Source: Candidatus Obscuribacteraceae bacterium (GTDB taxonomy: Bacteria; Cyanobacteriota; Vampirovibrionia; Obscuribacterales; Obscuribacteraceae). Taken from it: DNA of 64,000 nt. Location of the stretch: positions 448,001 to 512,000 of the forward strand of contig JBGAHS010000005.1 in NCBI GenBank assembly GCA_044226015.1, written 5' to 3'. A program made the position numbers and the translations under genes. Every line of letters starts with the position of its first letter. Position 1 is the stretch's first letter. The notes under the pieces were generated by a model that was not told the DNA's origin, searched no databases, and saw nothing but the letters and a program-made list of their open reading frames with translations. Of this stretch, positions 9,580 to 19,422 are shown in pieces.

Positions 9580-10773
9580 ATGTCAAATACCGCAAAATCA
9601 GGAAAAGTCGGTGAGCTCTTGTTAGCAGCTGGTTTATTGACCAAGCAAGATTTGAAAGAGGGCATCGATTTGTCGGCAACGCTGGGTCTTCCCATTGGCA
9701 AAACGATGGTAATGTCAGGAGTTCTGCGCGAGAGAACTGTGAGGACTGCGGTTCGAATTCAATCGATGCTCAGGGACGGACTTATCGAGCGAGATACCGC
9801 AGTTAAAGCGCTTGCAAAGGCTGACAAAGAAGGTTTAAGTGTTGAAGAATCTCTCAAATCTTTAGGGCACGAGCCCATATCAGATTCTGATCTCAACAAA
9901 GTCGGACAGTTGCTTTTGGAAGCTAATGTCATTAGTCAAGCTGAACTAAACGAGGCCATCGATCACGCTCGTACGATGGGACTTCCACTTGGACGTGTTC
10001 TTGTTCTAACCGGTAGGGTCAAAGGCAGCGTTGTCTGGTGCTCACTAAACGCACAGATGATGGTTCGCAAGAAGAAACTCGGTCGCCAGAAGGCCGTTAA
10101 TGCCATCAAAGCTGTGCACGAAAAGCAAGAAAACTTCGAGGCGGCTTTGCGCGCTCAGGGCATCGAACACAGTATTTCTGAGCATCGAATGAAGTTAGGC
10201 GAAATACTTGTTCTCTCAGGACTTGTGGGTGAGGAAGATGTATTGGGCGGTGTTGAAGAAGGGGTAATCAAAGAAAGACCCCTTGGTCAAGTACTTGTCG
10301 CTCACGGTCTTTTGAGCAATGAAAGACTTGAGGATGCTTTGAAGTTGCAGGGCATGGCTGATAATAGTGTCGTTACGCCCCTTCAGGCTGTTGATTTGCT
10401 TCGAGCGATTCACAAACGAAATCAATCGCTAGAGCAAGCTTTGGACGACCTTGGCTTGAGTAAGCCCAGCTTGCCTGAGTCTCTCAAACTTGGCGAAATT
10501 TTGAAAATGTGCGGTTGGTTGACCGAGAGTGAAGTCAAAGAAGCAGTCGATCATGCTTCCAAGAATTCAAACATGTTAGGAAATATGCTTGTTTCCTTCG
10601 GTTTCATCGATGAGGCAATGCTTTTCAATGCACTTCGATGTCAGCATCTGGTCAAAGAAGGTTTGATCAGGCGCGACCAGGCAATCGTGGCTTTGCATTT
10701 GAGTCAAAGAAAGCAATGTACTCTGGATAACGCTCTGCTTGAACTTGGTTACACTAAACGCGACGCCAAATAG
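9580..10773 (+). CDS. Stand-alone multi-MshEN-like (putative c-di-GMP-binding) protein
   Basis: Four tandem units of K(L/V)G(E/Q)(L/I)L...G(L/V/W)....L..(A/G)...(P/M)(L/I)G..(L/M)V..G; no ATPase domain. Confidence 0.72.
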   Translation: MSNTAKSGKVGELLLAAGLLTKQDLKEGIDLSATLGLPIGKTMVMSGVLRERTVRTAVRIQSMLRDGLIERDTAVKALAKADKEGLSVEESLKSLGHEPISDSDLNKVGQLLLEANVISQAELNEAIDHARTMGLPLGRVLVLTGRVKGSVVWCSLNAQMMVRKKKLGRQKAVNAIKAVHEKQENFEAALRAQGIEHSISEHRMKLGEILVLSGLVGEEDVLGGVEEGVIKERPLGQVLVAHGLLSNERLEDALKLQGMADNSVVTPLQAVDLLRAIHKRNQSLEQALDDLGLSKPSLPESLKLGEILKMCGWLTESEVKEAVDHASKNSNMLGNMLVSFGFIDEAMLFNALRCQHLVKEGLIRRDQAIVALHLSQRKQCTLDNALLELGYTKRDAK

Positions 10774-10827
10774 CCAGCGCCAAAATTAATCTTGCTGATA
10801 AAGCCAAATCTATGATTTGATGTACTT

Positions 10828-11808
10828 GTGACGCTTTACATTGGGGGCTTTACGAGAACAGTTCGTTCCAATCTGACGTGGGTGCTGGCAGCGTCATTTT
10901 TTATGCTGTCCTCTTTTGACGTGGCTTTAGCGCTGGATTCGACCGCTAACCCAATTGCAGATGGACAGAAATGTTTGGAACAAGGTGATTCGGCTCGGGC
11001 ACTAGAACATTTCAACCTTGCCGCGAGAATGAACCCCGCTTCGGTCGAGGCACACTATGGACGGGCTTGCAGTCTTGCAAAGCTGGGAAGAACTGAAGAG
11101 TCAAATAAAGAATTCAAGCTCACACTTCTTTTGGGACCTTCTGAGGAACTTGCAAAAAAATGCAAGGAAAAAATGACTGTCGCTGAGCCTGCAAAGCGAC
11201 CGCCGATGCATGCTTTGACGCCACCAGCTACGGTGCAAGCCAAAGATGTTGAGTCAAGCATTGGCAAAATACTCTTTCAATCGGAAGAGCACATTAAAGC
11301 AATTCATCGCGATGCTGAAAAGTGTGCCAATGGAATTTATAATGCCCGAACTTCTTCGTTGAATAAAGCACTCGAGCAAGACAAAGCAGACGCTCAGGAA
11401 GAAGCCAGATTAATGCGAGGGCGCGGACGAAGAGGTGGGTTTAATCCCTTTGGAAATGCCTATCTGCAAGAACGGCAGCAGGAAATTCAGTTCGCCTATG
11501 AAAATCGAATGGCGCGTGCGAAAGCTGACTTTCAGCAACGTCGTAGTGAAGCCGAAACCAGAGCCATGGGCATAAAAGCCTCTGCTGAAGGGCTTGAAAG
11601 TCAGATGATTAACAAACCATCTGAAACCAGTGGAGTATATCTAGTTCCTGGAGGAACGAATCTTTATGTCCGCAACTATGGACATTTTGATCCGGTTTTG
11701 CCCGAGCCGCCAGAACCATTGCATGCGATTCCTCTCAAGTTGCCTCAGGTTCTTAAAATGCAGGAAGAGGCGAATAAGTCCAAAGAGTCAAAGAAGAAAT
11801 CACATTGA
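10828..11808 (+). CDS. Secreted TPR and coiled-coil protein
   Basis: Signal-like N-terminus; TPR 'VEAHYGRACSLAKLGR.EES'. Exact start uncertain. Confidence 0.75.
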   Translation: MTLYIGGFTRTVRSNLTWVLAASFFMLSSFDVALALDSTANPIADGQKCLEQGDSARALEHFNLAARMNPASVEAHYGRACSLAKLGRTEESNKEFKLTLLLGPSEELAKKCKEKMTVAEPAKRPPMHALTPPATVQAKDVESSIGKILFQSEEHIKAIHRDAEKCANGIYNARTSSLNKALEQDKADAQEEARLMRGRGRRGGFNPFGNAYLQERQQEIQFAYENRMARAKADFQQRRSEAETRAMGIKASAEGLESQMINKPSETSGVYLVPGGTNLYVRNYGHFDPVLPEPPEPLHAIPLKLPQVLKMQEEANKSKESKKKSH

Positions 11809-13463
11809 TTGGAAGAATGATGATTTCCAGAACTCAACTAATTACTAGTGCTGTATTATTTTATAGTCTGAGTTATATCTGTCCCTGCCTTGCTGGAACA
11901 GATTTGAACAATGCAATTGGTTTGATTAAGTCTGGGCAGTACCAGAAGGCAATTGAACTATTAGATAAGGGGGTAGATGATGACCCTACCAATGGTGAGC
12001 TTCATTATTGGCGTGGTAAATGTCTTAATGGGTTGGGCAAAAAGACCGATGCAATTTCCGAGTTCAAATTGGCGACTTTGCTAACAACTGATCTCAAGAC
12101 GAAAAATTTATGCAGGTCTGAGCTTACTAAATATAAGGTAGAGATTCCCCGTGGGTCAGTGAATGCGGGCATTTCTCCTAGCAAAAGCTTTCCAACAAGA
12201 CAAGTGGAAAATCAAAAATCAAAACCAGGCAATTCTGATCCAGATGAAGATAAGTACTTCAAGCTATCGAGCAAAAAGTTGGATTGGAATCTAAAAATGA
12301 ATCAGGACTTTGTTCGTTCAATGAGCGAGCGTACTCAAAATCTTGGCAAACTTGCTAGTGCAAGTTCGTGGCGCATGCCACCAAGAGCAATTGGTGGTAT
12401 TCCGAATTTAAGCGTCGATGGTGCGATTTCACGCGGCTCACCTCATCGGACAACTGCTCTCACTGCTGATGAAAGAAAGCTATTGTCTGGAAGCGATATT
12501 GTTATTCTTCTGGATCATTCCGGCTCTATGCAAACAATGGATTGCCCCTCGAATTCCGCAAATCTGGGAAGCAGGTTTACCTGGTGTGTTGAAGAATTAG
12601 TCAGTCTGACCAATGAGCTGGCTTCTTCCTTGCCACATGGTTTTACGATAATACCGTTTGAGAGTAAGCCAGAAGTCCATTTCGTTCGTTCATCAAATGA
12701 ATTATTGAGCGTGCTCAAGTCGCTGAGTGCGGGTGGCGGAACTGACCTTGCCGCCGCTCTAAAACAAGCATTTAAAGTGCATAGTAATCACATAACTCAA
12801 CCACTTCTCATAGCTGTGGTGTCAGATGCAGAAATTGATCTACATTCGTCTGAGCAGGCGATTGTGCAAGCGACAAGAAATTTTCCGTTACCCAATGGAG
12901 TATTTATCACTCTTTTGCAGATCGGTCACCTTGCGGAGATTCACACTTCAGATCAAGTTCACTACCTCGATAATATTGATAGACATGGTGCCGCTTACGA
13001 CGCGTTCAAGGGAATTCCATTCAGTCAGGTTCGTTCTGATGGTTTTGGCAAGGACCTATTGCTGGGACTTCGAGCCAATACATCAGCTGGCGCTGTAACA
13101 GGTAAATTTTCAACGCCTGTTTCGACTCCTAAAGCCGGTGGTTCTGTGCCACCATCAGCCAAAGCGTCCAACAACTCTAGCGCTACTGCAGGTGGTGCGC
13201 CAAGTTCGCTGCAAGAATCTTCTAAAAGAAGCGCAAACGAAGCAAATGCATCATCTCAGAGTGCTTCGCAAGCTCAGCCACAGGCAGGTTCGCAAGGAAC
13301 TGAGTCTGGCGGACCTTCAAGAAAAAATCTCGATTCGAATTCTAACGAGAACGATGGCGGCAACAAGGTCCAAAAGTCCAGCTCGCCCCCGCCCCAATCT
13401 TCAAAGTCATCAACTGTGTTGGACACACCACCTGTGATGTGGACTCCTGACTCCGCCAAATGA
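11805..13463 (+). CDS. Secreted TPR + vWA domain protein with Ser-rich tail
   Basis: N-terminal TPRs; MIDAS 'LLDHSGSM'; 'GGGTDLAAAL' and 'VVSDAE'. Confidence 0.8.
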   Translation: MIGRMMISRTQLITSAVLFYSLSYICPCLAGTDLNNAIGLIKSGQYQKAIELLDKGVDDDPTNGELHYWRGKCLNGLGKKTDAISEFKLATLLTTDLKTKNLCRSELTKYKVEIPRGSVNAGISPSKSFPTRQVENQKSKPGNSDPDEDKYFKLSSKKLDWNLKMNQDFVRSMSERTQNLGKLASASSWRMPPRAIGGIPNLSVDGAISRGSPHRTTALTADERKLLSGSDIVILLDHSGSMQTMDCPSNSANLGSRFTWCVEELVSLTNELASSLPHGFTIIPFESKPEVHFVRSSNELLSVLKSLSAGGGTDLAAALKQAFKVHSNHITQPLLIAVVSDAEIDLHSSEQAIVQATRNFPLPNGVFITLLQIGHLAEIHTSDQVHYLDNIDRHGAAYDAFKGIPFSQVRSDGFGKDLLLGLRANTSAGAVTGKFSTPVSTPKAGGSVPPSAKASNNSSATAGGAPSSLQESSKRSANEANASSQSASQAQPQAGSQGTESGGPSRKNLDSNSNENDGGNKVQKSSSPPPQSSKSSTVLDTPPVMWTPDSAK

Positions 13464-13546
13464 CGGATGAATTTCAAGGAAGAAAATTTGCTAGCTCATG
13501 TGAGCGATTCAACTATAAGATGAATAGACTGCCAAAAACTAAATGC

Positions 13547-14623
13547 TTATTTTGATATCTCATCTAATGCGGTTTTCGCTGGTTTGTTCTCTGGTGCTTT
13601 CTCAAGAATTTTATTTAAGAGTGTCTTTGCTTCGGCCTTATGTCCCGTTTTGTCCAAGAATTTTGCGTAAGCACTTGCAACGCTCGGATCGTCACCTGAA
13701 TATTTCATGGCATTTTGATAAATTGTATCCGCTTCTTTATTCTTGCCTTGCATTGCGAGTAGTTCGGCTAGTCTGACGTGTGCAGGTCCAAACCCCGGAA
13801 AGAGTTTCAACGCTTTTTGCTGATTTGCGATGCCTTCATTGAGATTTTGTGTGGAAGCCCCCGCTCCAGAATAAGCCCAGCCCAGACCAGAAAGAGCACT
13901 GGCTTGAGTTATAGGGTTGCGGTACGCTTTAACTGAATTTGTCTCCATTGCTTTTTCAAAAGGCTCAACTGATGCTGCTTTGTCTCCGTAAGCGAGAAGA
14001 GCATTTCCGAGTGCTAGATGTGTTTCAGGATTTGAAATGTCGAGCTTTACCGCCGCCCGTCCCTGTGCAACTGCTTCTTTGTACCGATCTTCCTTTAGAA
14101 AGATGTTGGACATTCTAATGTGTGGTTCTACTTTTTCCGGTCTCAATTTAGCTGCTGCCTCAAACGATTTGAGCGCTTCTGTATTCTTGCCTGCAGACAT
14201 TTGCGCAATGCCCAGGTCTTTTTTTGATGTGTAACTGTTGGGATTGAGCGCACAAGCTTCTTCTAACATTTTAATTGAATCTGTATATTTCTTTTGATTC
14301 GCATAAATATGTCCGAGGATTTTTCTAGCCCCATAACATTTTGGGTCAAGCTTTATTGCCTGTTCTTCTTCAGCTATAGCTTCTGCGTAATTGTCATTTT
14401 CTGCAAGGCTTGCAAGTGCGGCGCCCAGCTCCATGTGTGCAGTTGCGTTATCTGGATGAGCTTGAATCAGATCGCGCATTAGTGTTGCAGCCTGTCGAGC
14501 TTTTCCCTTATTGAGCATCTCATCTGCTTTAGCAAGAATTGCGTTTTCATCATCGGAGGCAATTGAAACTTGTGTCGCGATTAGGAATGATCCGCACAAA
14601 ACGAATTTTGAAAACTGGCTCAT
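13547..14623 (-). CDS. Secreted TPR repeat protein
   Basis: Signal peptide followed by about nine TPR motifs. Confidence 0.88.
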   Translation of the reverse strand: MSQFSKFVLCGSFLIATQVSIASDDENAILAKADEMLNKGKARQAATLMRDLIQAHPDNATAHMELGAALASLAENDNYAEAIAEEEQAIKLDPKCYGARKILGHIYANQKKYTDSIKMLEEACALNPNSYTSKKDLGIAQMSAGKNTEALKSFEAAAKLRPEKVEPHIRMSNIFLKEDRYKEAVAQGRAAVKLDISNPETHLALGNALLAYGDKAASVEPFEKAMETNSVKAYRNPITQASALSGLGWAYSGAGASTQNLNEGIANQQKALKLFPGFGPAHVRLAELLAMQGKNKEADTIYQNAMKYSGDDPSVASAYAKFLDKTGHKAEAKTLLNKILEKAPENKPAKTALDEISK

Positions 14624-14779
14624 ATCTTCCCTCGCTCACTACGCGCCAATTTTACTACATGAGCTAGCCTTCCTCAAAAGAGTGGTTCCTGATCTTTTTG
14701 CCTACAGAACAGTTGATGAAAAGTTCTATCAGGTTTTGCAAACCTTACCAGATTGATACTCTAGTAAAACAAACTTGGT

Positions 14780-15430
14780 ATGAAAATGACAGCTACAATC
14801 AAGAAACGCAGTTCCAAAATTGACCAGGCTGAAACCGGGCAAATTTCAACACTAACTAAGCTTGTTATTCGAAGCCTCATAACAGGTGTCTTTTTGCTGT
14901 TTTTCAGCTTGCTTTCCTATCTTGCATTTTGGGCTGTGCATTATCGGGAGGCAGCTTCTGCACCACAGCTAATTGATCTCCGGCGTTCGGGCGAAGAAGG
15001 GTGTAAGTGCGTAACTCTCTGTGCGAGTTTAGCTGATAACGAGTTAGGATTTCCTGGTCATGCCTATGTAATTTGGTCACCGAATGCTCGTGTCAATTTG
15101 GAAAATGATTTCTCTCTCGGCTACATGCCAGCAAATTATTGGGACCAATTTCATTCTCTCTACAAAAATGTGCAGGGAGCCGTATTGGAAAATGTTCGCG
15201 GCAATACCCGCAATCTTGATAGATTGACGCTTCTAGTTTCTAATTCTGATTATGAAGAATCCCTCGACTATGCCAGAAAATTCCCCAGTGCGAACTTCAA
15301 GACCGGTGAGCGCGATTGTGTCGCATTCGTGAACTACATGGCGCAAAAATTTCATCTGCGGACATACGATGCAGGCTTCATCTACCCACAAGACTACATT
15401 CGCATTTTGAAAAGTTTGAATCGATACTAA
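14780..15430 (+). CDS. Membrane-anchored hypothetical protein, possibly permuted papain/NlpC-P60 fold
   Basis: N-terminal TM helix; 'PGHAYV' followed later by 'RDCVAFV' (His before Cys). Confidence 0.5.
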   Translation: MKMTATIKKRSSKIDQAETGQISTLTKLVIRSLITGVFLLFFSLLSYLAFWAVHYREAASAPQLIDLRRSGEEGCKCVTLCASLADNELGFPGHAYVIWSPNARVNLENDFSLGYMPANYWDQFHSLYKNVQGAVLENVRGNTRNLDRLTLLVSNSDYEESLDYARKFPSANFKTGERDCVAFVNYMAQKFHLRTYDAGFIYPQDYIRILKSLNRY

Positions 15431-15460
15431 ACTTGCGATCTTACTCGTTTGAATGCACCA

Positions 15461-16540
15461 TTACTGGTGGCGTTTGAGAGAGAAATCTCCAAGAACTGCA
15501 GACTGGTATGGCATTACTATCTTTTCAACAGAACTTGTATCTAGCATATAGGTTGGCAGTTCAAGAAGCTCTGGGAATACTCGATTATCGCGAACAGCAC
15601 CTTCAAGATATGAACTTGAATGACCGCCTGTTCCCGAGCGCTTTCCAATCATGCGTACTGCCATATTCAAATGGCGGAATCGCCAGATAGCCATGTACTC
15701 ATCAATGTCGATCAGTCGCATAATTACCTGGAAAGGAGCACGCAAAACAGGATATTCACGAAGCAAGGAAATGATTAATGCTGCCCTTCTAGAGAGCATT
15801 GAAAATTCATTTGGGTCACTCGTCTTCGTGTCGACGATGAAGTAATCGCTAAATTTTGCAGAAAGTGAGTCTTGATCTTGCTCGGGCAATGAATTCTTGT
15901 ACTCTGCCAAATAATCTCGCCACATTTCATTGTACTTTTGTTCATCAAAACCAAAGCTCTGTGCAAAGCGATTTAGCCATGCAATAACGCCATGTCGAAG
16001 GTTTGGCAAATCTTCGATTTCATCGATTGTTTTTCTATCTTCTTTGGAGAAGCCACCGGTCTCTGCGCCGACTTTCTTGTAGTAGTCGCTGCCTTTATCA
16101 ATCGCATCGGTTGACTTATGTCTGGCAGTAGGAGCCAATCCTAGCATTGCTTCGATCATTCTGAACTGTTTGCTCTGAAAGCCAGATGCAGGATTCAAAC
16201 TCTTTCGAAATTCTAAAAAGTCCATAGGCGTCATGGTTTCCAGAACATCGATTTGAGCAATCAAAACTTTCCAGATTTCAACAATGCGTGCCAGCCGTGA
16301 AGTGATGAGTACCATTTCGCCTGAATTGTCATCTATGATGCGAGGCTTCTTTGTCTTTTCGTCCACGAAATGGTAAACGACGCTTTTGAGTTCGAAAATT
16401 ATGTGACGAAACCATAGCTCATAGGCCTGGTGAATCGTCATGAACAGCTGCTCTTCGTGTTTATCGGTAGCAAGGTTACCGAGTGTCATGATTTTTTCTA
16501 CATCGAGATAGTCGTTGTAATAAGGCAGCTTGTTAGACAT
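15461..16540 (-). CDS. kynA: Tryptophan 2,3-dioxygenase
   Basis: 'YNDYL', 'HEEQLFMTIHQAYELWF', 'LETMTPMDFLEFR..L.PASGFQS.QFR', 'RMIG.RSGTGG'. Likely start is ATG 16540. Confidence 0.93.
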   Translation of the reverse strand: MSNKLPYYNDYLDVEKIMTLGNLATDKHEEQLFMTIHQAYELWFRHIIFELKSVVYHFVDEKTKKPRIIDDNSGEMVLITSRLARIVEIWKVLIAQIDVLETMTPMDFLEFRKSLNPASGFQSKQFRMIEAMLGLAPTARHKSTDAIDKGSDYYKKVGAETGGFSKEDRKTIDEIEDLPNLRHGVIAWLNRFAQSFGFDEQKYNEMWRDYLAEYKNSLPEQDQDSLSAKFSDYFIVDTKTSDPNEFSMLSRRAALIISLLREYPVLRAPFQVIMRLIDIDEYMAIWRFRHLNMAVRMIGKRSGTGGHSSSYLEGAVRDNRVFPELLELPTYMLDTSSVEKIVMPYQSAVLGDFSLKRHQ

Positions 16541-16603
16541 AAGACTTTCCGCTTTACTGGGGACAGAGCGCAAAGCATATCTCATTGACTTCTGTTTTAA
16601 AGC

Positions 16604-16631
16604 ACAAGAGCCCCGGGGGCGGGGCTCTTGT
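16604..16631 (-). terminator. Putative intrinsic terminator or stem-loop after the DUF1822-like gene
   Basis: Perfect 12-bp stem ACAAGAGCCCCG/CGGGGCTCTTGT with 4-nt loop; U-tract is weak. Confidence 0.6.
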
Positions 16632-16692
16632 CGAGGCGAAGTAAATCCATTGCAGTTGCTACGCTTGTTCGGCGATGCTCAATCTAGGCGGT

Positions 16693-17898
16693 TTAGCCTA
16701 GTTCATGTTCCATTGCCTTCAAAGCTTCAGCAAGCTCGCCAGCATCAAGCAGATTCAATGCTTCGTTAACAGACTCAACTGCTGCTGCTCCGTCACCACT
16801 GCTATGAGTAGCGTAGACTGGCTGCAATGCAAGTTGGCGGAAGCCAAATGCAATTTCGTCAGAGCTTGCATCGATGAAGTTTACAACTCTCTGTCTCTGG
16901 CGTTTGATAACCATTGCAACATCGACAGCGGTTGAATTCTTCACTGAATCTTTAAGCACATCGACAACCGAGCGACCCTTGAAAATTTGCTCGATCAAAC
17001 TCTTCGCTTTATTTAACTGTTCGCCTTTAAGCGAGTGTGCCAGTTCTTCTGAAGCTAGATTTTGCAGCATTTGTTTGCGGAACACAGGCGATTCGATGTT
17101 GCTTCCCAACTGTTCTCCGAGTCTACCGATGCTGTTCTTGATGTCATCTTTGCTTAAGCGTTGAAAACGAACCTTCAATGTTTCAGCCAGACCATCAAGC
17201 TTCTTGTTCCAGACTGATGCATGTGAAAGTGTCTGTCTGACAAATGGCTTAGAAATTCCATATTGCAAGTCAGCCCAGTAGCTTTCGTTATGCAGCACCA
17301 CTTCAAGAAAATCACGTTGTTTAGCAAGCTTCATTTCTTGACGATGACCGCAGAACTGCGCAATGTCTGAAGCGTGAAGCGGAATACGACTGTACTTCAC
17401 ATCGAGTGGGCGAGCCTTTGCTACAACTTCAGCAATTTTGGAAAGGTCGAAGTTGCCGTTAGCCACACGGAAGATCAATCTGTCTTCCTTCTGGCCAGCA
17501 TGCTTGTCTTGCAAATCCCAGTCGCTTTTTGGAACGAAACCAACTACTGAAGCACTGCGGTCTGGGTTGAATGAGACTGCCAGTGTTCCAACCGGCATAT
17601 ATGAGCTGCCTGCGAGAAATCTGGGAATGCTGACGCGACCATCTTCGCCAAGTACGCGCACATCAATTCTGGCTCCGTTAACCACAATGTCGTTTACATC
17701 GAAGGTGGCAACCAGCCTATCTTCTCTTGAGTAAGCGCTGTCTTCTTCAAGTACGAGATCCAACTCTGGGTCGAGTTCCATTATAGCTTCTTGAGCAATC
17801 TGGCGTGCCATTTCCTGGCGCACATCACAACCCGTGGCTCGGCTTCGCAGCTGCGCAAGTTTTACTATTTCAGCTGTTATTGGTAATCCTTTAGTCAT
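16693..17898 (-). CDS. DUF1822-like protein (putative anti-sigma or sigma partner)
   Basis: 'DVNDIVVNGARIDVR...LAVSF....ASVVGF' resembles the DUF1822 core. Lies directly downstream of a sigma-like gene, as DUF1822 genes do in cyanobacteria. Confidence 0.55.
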   Translation of the reverse strand: MTKGLPITAEIVKLAQLRSRATGCDVRQEMARQIAQEAIMELDPELDLVLEEDSAYSREDRLVATFDVNDIVVNGARIDVRVLGEDGRVSIPRFLAGSSYMPVGTLAVSFNPDRSASVVGFVPKSDWDLQDKHAGQKEDRLIFRVANGNFDLSKIAEVVAKARPLDVKYSRIPLHASDIAQFCGHRQEMKLAKQRDFLEVVLHNESYWADLQYGISKPFVRQTLSHASVWNKKLDGLAETLKVRFQRLSKDDIKNSIGRLGEQLGSNIESPVFRKQMLQNLASEELAHSLKGEQLNKAKSLIEQIFKGRSVVDVLKDSVKNSTAVDVAMVIKRQRQRVVNFIDASSDEIAFGFRQLALQPVYATHSSGDGAAAVESVNEALNLLDAGELAEALKAMEHELG

Positions 17899-17982
17899 TT
17901 TCCGATTCTCCGAGCAGTTTCTTATTGATTTGGTAATCGATCTCTCACTTTCCCTTATCTCTAAACTGGGCAGTGGAGAAAA

Positions 17983-19422
17983 TTAGGTGGAACTGATACC
18001 CAAAAAGAATTTTTGTCTCAAAAGATTCCACTGTGAGCATTCTGGTCCAATTGCTTCTTCCAATTCTGCCCAGGTTACAAACGGACGTACCTTGCAAATT
18101 AGGGAGGCAAGATCGTTGTCAATGCCAGTTGCGAGTATATCTTCTAGGCTGCTCTTGTTTACATCGAGCCGTTTTGCATCTTGGGCTCGGCTCTTAACAA
18201 CAGCTCCTCTCTGAAAAAGGTCTGGAAGTTCTGTCTTGCTAATCAATCCTTTGCTGAGAATTTCGTTCAGGTCTTTGAATGGGCGCTCAGCCACAAGTTT
18301 TTGAGCTTTTTCTTTTGTAAGTCCCAGAATATCCTGCATGTCACGAGCTGTTGCCGTGTTTATCTCAAGCGGAACAAAGGCTGCTGTGGCTCCTTTTCCT
18401 TTGAGTTCGGGAATTCTGTTTGGTTTGACGACTCCGTTGTCGATCAATTCTTCGAGATTGTGAAACTGTCTTCCTTTTATTAGGCGTTCGATTTCACCTT
18501 CAGTCATTCCAAGCTGCTGGGAAAGCTCGCGCCGTGAGGCTGTGTTGACATTTACACCTCGTTGCCAGCATTCAGCAATTCCAGGTAGCTGTTTGTATAT
18601 ACGTTGCCTTACCAGGTCAAGTCCTTTGTCCAACAAAACCTGGCAACGAGCTATTCTTCGAGGCATTGTATCTGCCTGTATGCTCAGGCGCTCACAGACT
18701 TCTCTCATAGTCATCTCTTCGCCTGCGACTGAGCTTTCCGTCAGTCCAAGCCCGAAGATGCAATCTACGACAGTTAAAGCGTCACTTGCTGCACCTGGTT
18801 CGCCAAGCATTTGCTTCAGGTGGATTCTGAGTTGATTCAACTGGCTTACTTGCTCAGAGCTTAAGATCTGATTTTCGGGTGTGATTGCGACATCATCAGC
18901 GACTGTGTTGCGTGGGTCATCTTGCTCGGGGTCGAGATTGCAGTCCTGGAGAGTGTTCTTTTCCCAGTTTGCTTCGACCCTGATGAAGTCAATAACCGCA
19001 TTGTGTACTGTTCGCTGAATGTATGCCGGAAGCAATACTTTGAATCCGTCTTCGCTGTTACCCGCCAAATGTTTTAGGAGAACACCTTCCAGCTTTTGAG
19101 AAATCTCAACCGATAAAGATACGCTCTGGCTTTTTTGCTCATCAGCTGCAACATAGCGTTGACTGAGAAAGCGGCGCAAATTCTGGTTGGAACTTAGCAT
19201 TCGTGCCAGAATTGGCTGGTAATAATTGTCCCGGAGCAGTTTTACAAAGGGTTCTCGGCGATCTTCCAGCTTACTCGCTTTGATGAAAATGGCTTTGGCG
19301 CCTACGCGGGAGAGAAAATCTGCCATGTTGGGGCGACTTCCTGCGTCCCAATTTCGCAGCAAAGATTCCCATTCTGGGGCAAACTGAAAAACTTCTCTTA
19401 ACTCAGTAGAACTTGAGAGCAT
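17983..19422 (-). CDS. Sigma-70-like factor fused to three ComEA-type helix-hairpin-helix repeats
   Basis: Region-2-like 'AYIQRTVHNAVIDFIR'; region-4-like 'IFGLG...EEMTMREVCERLSI'; repeats 'VNVNTASRREL', 'LEINTATARDM', 'LDVNKSSLEDI', each followed by R(P/Q)F....E(L/I). Confidence 0.72.
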   Translation of the reverse strand: MLSSSTELREVFQFAPEWESLLRNWDAGSRPNMADFLSRVGAKAIFIKASKLEDRREPFVKLLRDNYYQPILARMLSSNQNLRRFLSQRYVAADEQKSQSVSLSVEISQKLEGVLLKHLAGNSEDGFKVLLPAYIQRTVHNAVIDFIRVEANWEKNTLQDCNLDPEQDDPRNTVADDVAITPENQILSSEQVSQLNQLRIHLKQMLGEPGAASDALTVVDCIFGLGLTESSVAGEEMTMREVCERLSIQADTMPRRIARCQVLLDKGLDLVRQRIYKQLPGIAECWQRGVNVNTASRRELSQQLGMTEGEIERLIKGRQFHNLEELIDNGVVKPNRIPELKGKGATAAFVPLEINTATARDMQDILGLTKEKAQKLVAERPFKDLNEILSKGLISKTELPDLFQRGAVVKSRAQDAKRLDVNKSSLEDILATGIDNDLASLICKVRPFVTWAELEEAIGPECSQWNLLRQKFFLGISST

